From: a virus | Lineage: Duplodnaviria; Heunggongvirae; Uroviricota; Caudoviricetes | IMG/VR virus record: IMGVR_UViG_2711768042_000009 | Strand: one strand, 5' to 3' | DNA: 23,314 nt | Shown here: positions 17,282 through 23,314 of the stretch, piece after piece | Numbering within the stretch: position 1 is the first letter of the stretch | Layout of the letters: each line of letters begins with the position of its first letter | Notes under the pieces: generated by a model | The model's input: the letters and a program-made list of their open reading frames with translations, nothing else | What the model was told of the DNA's origin: nothing | The model's database searches: none | Position numbers and translations under genes: made by a program

Positions 17282-17497
17282 ATGACGCTTGAGCGAATCA
17301 GCGCCTTTATCACGTATTGCATCGCCGTCGTGCTGGCCTGGCTGGGCGATTTGTCCATCAAGGATGCCTCAACGCTGGGCGGCCTGATGATTGGTGTGCT
17401 GATGCTGGCTATCAACTGGTACTACAAACACAAAGCCTACCAGCTTCTGCGCGACGGGCAGATCTCGCGGGAGGACTATGAATCCATCAATCGTTAA
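17282..17497 (+). CDS. Holin (two predicted transmembrane segments; probable pinholin partner of the SAR endolysin)
   Basis: 71 aa with two hydrophobic stretches (ISAFITYCIAVVLAWLG, LGGLMIGVLMLAINWYY) and a charged C-terminus; immediately upstream of the lysozyme gene. Confidence 0.7.
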   Translation: MTLERISAFITYCIAVVLAWLGDLSIKDASTLGGLMIGVLMLAINWYYKHKAYQLLRDGQISREDYESINR

Positions 17498-17990
17498 ACG
17501 CTGCCTTGTCGGGGCCGTGCTGGCTATTGCTGCCGCGCTACCGGGTTTTCAGCAGCTTCACACCTCCGTGGAGGGGCTGAAACTGATTGCCGATTACGAA
17601 GGCTGTCGTCTGCAGCCGTATCAGTGCAGCGCGGGTGTCTGGACCGACGGCATTGGTAATACATCTGGCGTCATTCCAGGCAAAACCATTACGGAACGAC
17701 AGGCCGCGGAAGGGCTGATCTCCAACGTGCTGCGTGTGGAGCGGGCACTGGAAAGGTGTGTGAAGCAACAGCCGCCGCAGAAGGTGTATGACGCGGTGGT
17801 GTCATTTGCCTTCAACGTGGGGACAGGCAATGCCTGCAGTTCCACGCTGGTGAAATTGCTCAATCAGCGGCGCTGGGCGGATGCGTGCCGACAGTTGCCG
17901 CGCTGGGTTTATGTAAAAGGTGTGTTTAATCAGGGGCTGGATAACCGCCGTGCGCGGGAGATGGCCTGGTGTTTACAGGGAGCAAACTGA
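17478..17990 (+). CDS. K: Endolysin, T4-lysozyme-like (GH24) with N-terminal signal-anchor-release (SAR) segment (P2 gpK-like)
   Basis: 170 aa; hydrophobic Gly/Ala-rich N-terminus (CLVGAVLAIAAALPGF) followed by a lysozyme catalytic region (EGLKLIADYEGCRLQPYQC...GVWTDGIGNT). Confidence 0.85.
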   Translation: MNPSIVKRCLVGAVLAIAAALPGFQQLHTSVEGLKLIADYEGCRLQPYQCSAGVWTDGIGNTSGVIPGKTITERQAAEGLISNVLRVERALERCVKQQPPQKVYDAVVSFAFNVGTGNACSSTLVKLLNQRRWADACRQLPRWVYVKGVFNQGLDNRRAREMAWCLQGAN

Positions 17991-17991
17991 A

Positions 17992-18369
17992 ATGAAAAAG
18001 AAATTAATCAGCGGACTGTTTCTGATGTTATGGATGGCGCTGTTAATCGCAGCAATGGTGTATCCGCAGGGGATTTTTCCGGTACTGGCAGCGTCCGGCG
18101 TTTGGGTAGCCTGTTTGCTGACATGGGCGGTAATTCCGGTAGCACTGGCTGCGTTAATTAAGAATGGCCCGCTCTGGCAGGAGTTAAGGGCATCTTTGCT
18201 GAAGACAATTACCCGAAAAGAAAACGTATTTATCAGTTGGGTGATGCGATTGCTGATTATCGTAAGTCTCGCCTGGACGGGGTGGGCCATTACCCTGGTC
18301 TTTTATCTGCTGACCGTTATTGCCTTCTGGATCACTCGTAACCAGATGGCGCAACAGGTAGCAGCATGA
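17992..18369 (+). CDS. LysA-like membrane protein (lysis timing/accessory), multi-TM
   Basis: ATG 17992 (MKKKLISGLFLMLW...); 125 aa, about four hydrophobic segments; position matches P2 lysA. Confidence 0.6.
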   Translation: MKKKLISGLFLMLWMALLIAAMVYPQGIFPVLAASGVWVACLLTWAVIPVALAALIKNGPLWQELRASLLKTITRKENVFISWVMRLLIIVSLAWTGWAITLVFYLLTVIAFWITRNQMAQQVAA

Positions 18370-18794
18370 ACCGGTTGCTGCTGGTTGTGCTGGCGTTATT
18401 ACTGGCGTCGCTGGGCTGGCAGACGTGGCGGCTGGCTGATGCCAGCCAGACCATCAGCACGCAGGCAGACGAGCTGCGGAGCAAAAGTCAGGCACTGGCA
18501 AAGAGCAACAGCCAGCTTATCAGCCTGTCCATTCTGACTGAAACCAATAACCGGGAGCAGGCGCGGCTCTATGCCGAAGCAGAACAGACCAGCGCGCTGC
18601 TGAGACAACGACAACATCGGATTGAGGAACTGAAACGTGAGAACGAGGATTTACGCCGCTGGGCTAATACTCCTTTGCCTGCTGACATTATCCGGCTGCG
18701 GGAACGTCCGGCACTCACCGGAGGTGCAGCTTACCGTCAGTGGTTGTCCGCGAGTGACGCCGTGTCAGCTGGATCAGGCAGCGCCACACAATAA
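18366..18794 (+). CDS. lysB: Inner-membrane spanin (LysB / Rz-like)
   Basis: 142 aa; N-terminal TM segment, then coiled-coil region rich in Q/E/R/L; ATGA overlap with the upstream gene. Confidence 0.7.
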   Translation: MNRLLLVVLALLLASLGWQTWRLADASQTISTQADELRSKSQALAKSNSQLISLSILTETNNREQARLYAEAEQTSALLRQRQHRIEELKRENEDLRRWANTPLPADIIRLRERPALTGGAAYRQWLSASDAVSAGSGSATQ

Positions 18795-18927
18795 CGGTGA
18801 TCTGAACGCATTGCTGGATGAAACGGAGGCCGCCTGGGCGGTCTGTGCAGACAAAGTGGACATGATTATTGCGTGTCAGGAGCGAAACAGTGAACAAACC
18901 ACAATCCCTGCGCCACGCCCTCAATAA
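18637..18927 (+). CDS. lysC: Outer-membrane lipoprotein spanin (LysC / Rz1-like), starting inside lysB in another frame
   Basis: 96 aa (same as P2 LysC); lipoprotein signal with lipobox LTLSGC; GTG start; overlapped-spanin architecture typical of P2. Confidence 0.65.
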   Translation: MRTRIYAAGLILLCLLTLSGCGNVRHSPEVQLTVSGCPRVTPCQLDQAAPHNNGDLNALLDETEAAWAVCADKVDMIIACQERNSEQTTIPAPRPQ

Positions 18928-19321
18928 AGCAGTGCCTTATGTCCGTAATAACCCGGACAAACTGCATCTGTTTGTGGATAACGGTTCGCTGGTTGCCACC
19001 GGGGCCAGCTCCATGTCATGGGAGTACCGCTACACCCTGAACGTGGTGATTGAAGATTTCAGCGGCGACCAGAATCTGCTGATGGCCCCGGTTTTGCTGT
19101 GGCTGCGGGATAACCAGCCTGATGCCATCAATAACCCGACGTTACGGGAAAAGCTATTCACATTTGAGGTGGATATTCTGCGCAACGATGTCTGTGATAT
19201 CAGCCTGAACCTGCAGCTGACGGAGCGTGTGCTGGTCAGCACTGACGGCAGTGTGTCGAGCGTTGAAGCGGTAGCGGAACCCGATGAACCTGAAGAAATG
19301 TGGACGGTGAAACGTGGCTGA
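18890..19321 (+). CDS. R: Tail completion protein R (P2 gpR-like)
   Basis: ORF open from 18869 (TTG); I favour the GTG at 18890 preceded by AGGAGC; about 143 aa versus P2 R 155 aa. Confidence 0.8.
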   Translation: MNKPQSLRHALNKAVPYVRNNPDKLHLFVDNGSLVATGASSMSWEYRYTLNVVIEDFSGDQNLLMAPVLLWLRDNQPDAINNPTLREKLFTFEVDILRNDVCDISLNLQLTERVLVSTDGSVSSVEAVAEPDEPEEMWTVKRG

Positions 19322-19760
19322 ACTGCAGAAGGTGGACGACTGGCTGAGTGCTTTGCTGGCGAATCTGGAACCAGCCGCAAGAAGCCGAATGATGCGCCAG
19401 CTGGCGCAGGAACTGCGCCGGACACAGCAGCAGAATATCAGGATGCAGCGCAATCCAGATGGCAGCAGTTATGAACCGCGCAGGGTCACAGCACGCAGCA
19501 AGAAGGGGCGCATCAAACGTCAGATGTTTACAAAGCTGCGCACCACAAAATACCTGAAAACTGCCGCCAGTGCCGACTCTGCCAGCGTGCAGTTTGAAGG
19601 CAAGGTACAGCGCATTGCCCGTGTTCATCACTACGGCTTACGTGATCGCGTCAGCCGCAAAGGACCGGAGGTCCGTTACGCAGAGCGTCGCCTTCTGGGT
19701 GTAAATGATGATGTTGAGGCAATGACCCGCGACATGATTCTGCAATGGCTGGCGGGGTGA
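19314..19760 (+). CDS. S: Tail completion / virion morphogenesis protein S (P2 gpS-like)
   Basis: 148 aa (P2 S is 150 aa); GTG start overlapping R stop. Confidence 0.8.
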   Translation: MAELQKVDDWLSALLANLEPAARSRMMRQLAQELRRTQQQNIRMQRNPDGSSYEPRRVTARSKKGRIKRQMFTKLRTTKYLKTAASADSASVQFEGKVQRIARVHHYGLRDRVSRKGPEVRYAERRLLGVNDDVEAMTRDMILQWLAG

Positions 19761-19764
19761 TTTT

Positions 19765-19782
19765 TGTATCAGCACTGATACA
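19765..19782 (+). promoter_or_regulatory. Candidate late-promoter activator site (TGT-N12-ACA) upstream of V (P2 P_V-like)
   Basis: TGTATCAGCACTGATACA, a perfect dyad (also TGTATCAG/CTGATACA), about 50-65 bp upstream of the V start codon in the S-V intergenic gap. Confidence 0.45.
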
Positions 19783-19828
19783 AGTTGCAGCACTGCCGCC
19801 TTTCTTCCCCTGATGGCAACCTTTCCCT

Positions 19829-20407
19829 ATGAACGCACAATTAACCGAAATCATGCGCCTTATCACCAACCTGATCCGCACTGGGGTAGTCACCGAAGTG
19901 GACAGGACAAACTGGCTTTGCCGGGTGAAAACGGGCGACCTTGAAACTAACTGGATTAACTGGCTGACGCTGCGCGCGGGTAATGCCCGCACATGGTGGA
20001 AACCATCAGAAGGTGAGCAGGTGGTGCTGCTGAGTCTGGGCGGCAATCTGGAGACTGCCTTTGCGCTGCCCGCTGTCTATTCGAAACAGTTCGCACCACC
20101 GTCGACGTCGGCGGACGCCTGCGTGACAGAACATCCTGACGGTGGCTGGTTTGAATACGAACCCGCCACCGGGCGCTGGTATGTCAGGGGCATCAAATCA
20201 ATGGTCATTGAGGCCGCTGACAACATCACCATGAAAACCAGTGAGTTTGTACTGGAGGCTGACCGCACGCGCATTAACAGCGAAGTGGTGATCAATGGTG
20301 GCGTTACCCAGGGCGGCGGAGCGATGAGTTCTAACGGGATCGTGGTTGATGCGCATCAGCATACTGGCGTCCTGAAAGGCGGCGATACAACCGGAGGCCC
20401 GGTATGA
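19829..20407 (+). CDS. V: Baseplate spike/assembly protein V (P2 gpV-like)
   Basis: 192 aa (P2 V is 211 aa); sequence pattern recognised as P2 V family (…WW.PS.GEQV…SSNG…H.H.G…). Confidence 0.85.
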   Translation: MNAQLTEIMRLITNLIRTGVVTEVDRTNWLCRVKTGDLETNWINWLTLRAGNARTWWKPSEGEQVVLLSLGGNLETAFALPAVYSKQFAPPSTSADACVTEHPDGGWFEYEPATGRWYVRGIKSMVIEAADNITMKTSEFVLEADRTRINSEVVINGGVTQGGGAMSSNGIVVDAHQHTGVLKGGDTTGGPV

Positions 20408-20763
20408 CGCTTTATAGCGGGATGAACAATACCAGCGGCAAAGTCATTACTGATATTGACCATCTGCGCCAGTCGGTGCGGGACATTCTGCTGACGCCGC
20501 AGGGTAGCCGCATTGCTCGCCGTGAATATGGTTCCCTGCTGTCGGCACTGATAGACCAGCCACAAAATCCGGCGTTACGCCTGCAGGTCATGTCGGCAGT
20601 GTATGTGGCGCTGAGTCGCTGGGAGCCACGGCTGACGCTGGATTCCATCACCATTAACAGCAATTTTGACGGTTCAATGGTGGTGGGACTGACCGGGCGG
20701 CGTAATAACGGTGTGCCTGTTTCCCTTTCCGTATCAACAGGAGCAGAGAATGGCAGTGATTGA
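20404..20763 (+). CDS. W: Baseplate protein W (gp25-like; P2 gpW-like)
   Basis: 119 aa (P2 W is 115 aa); ATGA overlap with V stop. Confidence 0.85.
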   Translation: MTLYSGMNNTSGKVITDIDHLRQSVRDILLTPQGSRIARREYGSLLSALIDQPQNPALRLQVMSAVYVALSRWEPRLTLDSITINSNFDGSMVVGLTGRRNNGVPVSLSVSTGAENGSD

Positions 20764-21658
20764 CCTTTCGCAGTTGCCTGCGCCGCAGATTGTCGATGTG
20801 CCGGACTTTGAGACGTTGCTTGCCGAACGCAAGGCCGAATTTGTTGCGCTTCATCCGAAAGATGAGCAGGAAGCCGTGATCCGCACGCTGGAACTGGAAT
20901 CTGAACCCGTCACCAAATTGCTGCAGGAGAACGCTTACCGTGAGTTGCTTCTGCGCCAGCGCATTAACGAAGCCGCGCAGGCGGTGATGGTGGCTTACGC
21001 GATGGGCGGCGATCTTGACCAGCTCGCTGCCAACTACAACGTGAAACGCCTGACGGTGACGCCTGCTGATAATGACGCTGTGCCACCCGTTGCGGCTGTG
21101 ATGGAAAGCGATGAAGCGTTACGCCTGCGTGTGCCCGCAGCCTTTGAAGGGCTTTCTGTTGCGGGGCCAACTGCCGCTTATGAATTTCATGCCCGAAGCG
21201 CCGACGGTCGGGTGGCGGATGCCAGTGCAACCAGTCCGGCACCTGCAGAGGTGGTACTGACTGTCCTGAGCCGTGAAGGCGACGGAACAGCAGAAAAAGA
21301 TTTGCTGGATGTGGTGGAGAAAGCCCTGAACAGTGAGAATGTCCGCCCGGTGGCTGACCGTCTGACGGTTCGCAGCGCAGAAATCATCCCGTACCGTGTG
21401 GAAGCCACCATTTTTCTTTATCCGGGACCGGAAGCAGAGCCGGTAATGGCAGCGGCAAAAGTCAGCCTGCAGAGGTACATCGCCAGTCAGACGCGGCTCG
21501 GTCGGGATATTCGCCGTAGTGCTATTTTTGCCGCGCTGCATGTTGAGGGTGTTCAACGTGTGGAACTGGCTTCTCCGCTGGCGGATGTGGTTCTGAACAA
21601 AACTCAGGCGGCATCATGTACGCAGTGGAGCGTGACCAACGGAGGAACGGATGAATAG
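20750..21658 (+). CDS. J: Baseplate assembly protein J (P2 gpJ-like)
   Basis: Start ATG 20750 (MAVIDLSQLP...) with RBS CAGGAGCAGAG; 302 aa, identical in length to P2 J. Confidence 0.85.
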   Translation: MAVIDLSQLPAPQIVDVPDFETLLAERKAEFVALHPKDEQEAVIRTLELESEPVTKLLQENAYRELLLRQRINEAAQAVMVAYAMGGDLDQLAANYNVKRLTVTPADNDAVPPVAAVMESDEALRLRVPAAFEGLSVAGPTAAYEFHARSADGRVADASATSPAPAEVVLTVLSREGDGTAEKDLLDVVEKALNSENVRPVADRLTVRSAEIIPYRVEATIFLYPGPEAEPVMAAAKVSLQRYIASQTRLGRDIRRSAIFAALHVEGVQRVELASPLADVVLNKTQAASCTQWSVTNGGTDE

Positions 21659-22256
21659 TCTGCTGCCACCGGGTTCAACTTCACTGGAGCGCCGACTGGC
21701 GCAGACCTGTAGCGGGATTTCTGATCTGCAGGTGCCGCTGCGTGACTTGTGGAATCCGGCAACCTGTCCGATCAGTTTCCTGCCTTATCTCGCCTGGGCG
21801 TTCTCTGTGGATCGCTGGGACGAGGGCTGGACAGAAAGCGTCAAGCGCCAGGTGGTGAAGGATGCTTTTTATATTCATCAGCATAAAGGGACCACCAGTG
21901 CCGTGCGGCGGGTGGTGGAGCCGTTCGGCTTTCTGATCCGCATTATTGAGTGGTGGCAGATCGGAGAGGCACCGGGCACGTTTCGTCTGGATATCGGCGT
22001 GCAGGACCAGGGCATCACTGAAGATACCTATCTGGAACTTGAGCGACTGATAAGCGATGCCAAACCATGTAGCCGTCACATGATCGGCATGTCCATCAAC
22101 CTGCAGACCAGCGGCCCGCATTGGGTGGGAGCCGCCAGCTATCTTGGCGAAGAAATCACGATCTATCCGTATATCAACGAAACAATTATTTCCGGCGGCA
22201 CCGCGCATGAAGGCGGGGCGGTCCATGTTATTGACACAATGAGAGTGAATCCATGA
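21651..22256 (+). CDS. I: Baseplate/tail protein I (P2 gpI-like)
   Basis: 201 aa (P2 I is 176 aa); overlaps J stop; immediately precedes the tail fibre gene. Confidence 0.85.
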   Translation: MNSLLPPGSTSLERRLAQTCSGISDLQVPLRDLWNPATCPISFLPYLAWAFSVDRWDEGWTESVKRQVVKDAFYIHQHKGTTSAVRRVVEPFGFLIRIIEWWQIGEAPGTFRLDIGVQDQGITEDTYLELERLISDAKPCSRHMIGMSINLQTSGPHWVGAASYLGEEITIYPYINETIISGGTAHEGGAVHVIDTMRVNP

Positions 22257-23314
22257 GCACAAAATTTTATACCCTGCTGACGGATATTGGCGCGGCGAAA
22301 CTTGCCAGCGCCGCCGCGCTCGGTGTGCCGCTAAAAATTACCCATATGGCGGTGGGCGATGGCGGCGGAGCATTGCCGACGCCGGACGCAAAGCAGACTG
22401 CACTGGTAAATGAGAAACGCCGGGCTGCGCTGAATATGCTTTATATCGACCCGCAGAACAGCAGCCAGATTATTGCTGAACAGGTGATCCCTGAAAACGA
22501 GGGCGGTTGGTGGATACGTGAAGTGGGCCTGTTTGATGAGTCCGGGGCATTGATTGCCGTGGGCAACTGCCCGGAAAGCTATAAGCCGCAACTGGCTGAA
22601 GGCAGCGGGCGCACCCAGACCGTGCGCATGGTGCTGATTACCAGCAGTACGGACAATATCACCCTGAAAATCGACCCTGCTGTAGTGCTGGCAACCCGTA
22701 AATACGTGGATGATGAAGTCCTGGAATTAAAGCTGTATGTGGATGACCAGATGAGAAACCACATTGCCGCACAAGATCCTCATACCCAGTATGCGCAGAA
22801 ACATAATCCGACATTTACCGGAGAACCAAAAGCGCCGACGCCTGCAGCAGGAAATAACACCACGCGGATTGCGACCACTGAGTTTGTTCAGGCCGCTATT
22901 ACTGCTCTGATTAACGGTGCGCCAGCCACGCTGGACACACTGAAAGAAATTGCCGCAGCCATTAACAATGACCCGAAATTCAGTACCACCATTAACAATG
23001 CGCTGGCACTAAAAGCGCCGCTGTCGAGTCCGGCACTCACCGGAACGCCAACAGCACCTACTGCGGCGCAGTCGGTCAACAATACACAGATTGCCACTAC
23101 GGCTTTTGTGAAATCGGCGATTGCAGGAATGGTGGGTTCTGCACCTGCGGCACTGGATACACTGAACGAACTGGCGGCGGCACTGGGGAATGATCCGAAC
23201 TTTGCCACGACAATGCTTAATGCGCTGGCAGGTAAACAACCGCTGGACAATACGCTTACCAATTTGAGTGGAAAGGATGTAGCTGGTCTTCTCACATACC
23301 TTGGTTTGGGAGAA
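22253..23314 (+). CDS. H: Tail fibre protein H (P2 gpH-like), 5' partial: runs off the right edge of the window
   Basis: ATG 22253 (ATGA overlap with I stop); open frame to the window end (MSTKFYTLLTDIGAAKLASAAALGVPLKITHMAVGDGGGALP...), conserved N-terminal region of P2-family tail fibres. Absent from the ORF track only because no stop is reached. Confidence 0.85.
   Translation, partial: MSTKFYTLLTDIGAAKLASAAALGVPLKITHMAVGDGGGALPTPDAKQTALVNEKRRAALNMLYIDPQNSSQIIAEQVIPENEGGWWIREVGLFDESGALIAVGNCPESYKPQLAEGSGRTQTVRMVLITSSTDNITLKIDPAVVLATRKYVDDEVLELKLYVDDQMRNHIAAQDPHTQYAQKHNPTFTGEPKAPTPAAGNNTTRIATTEFVQAAITALINGAPATLDTLKEIAAAINNDPKFSTTINNALALKAPLSSPALTGTPTAPTAAQSVNNTQIATTAFVKSAIAGMVGSAPAALDTLNELAAALGNDPNFATTMLNALAGKQPLDNTLTNLSGKDVAGLLTYLGLGE

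Noticed and set aside
22888-23295. 135-aa and 76-aa minus-strand ORFs at the right end
   Set aside because: They are antisense to the tail-fibre gene H, whose forward frame is open to the window edge; Ala/Ser-rich translation reflects the repetitive fibre coding sequence.

Overview
This window is a large section of a P2/186-family temperate myovirus prophage. It contains a strong candidate accessory system: an AT-rich, translationally coupled three-gene cassette (8728-10946) sitting between the putative cos site and the portal gene. All calls are from reading the sequence and the ORF translations; no database search was run. Left to right: (i) a 186-type immunity/early region with integrase, CI-like repressor, Apl-like excisionase, CII, Fil-like, small unknowns, TraR/DksA zinc finger, ASCH-like protein, Dam methyltransferase and replication initiator A (1-7758); (ii) a LexA-box promoter driving a Tum-like/DinI-like module, then a terminator and a cos-like sequence (7850-8567); (iii) the three-gene cassette, whose third gene carries a PD-(D/E)xK-like nuclease motif; (iv) the P2-type late region: portal Q and terminase P (minus strand), then O, N, M, L, X, holin, SAR-endolysin, LysA/B/C spanins, R, S, V, W, J, I and the 5' part of tail fibre H running off the window. 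The cassette is my best candidate for an undescribed anti-phage defence or abortive-infection system, but its function is inference only. No tRNA, rRNA, CRISPR array or IS element was recognised, and the prophage attachment site is not visible (int stop is at bases 1-3).
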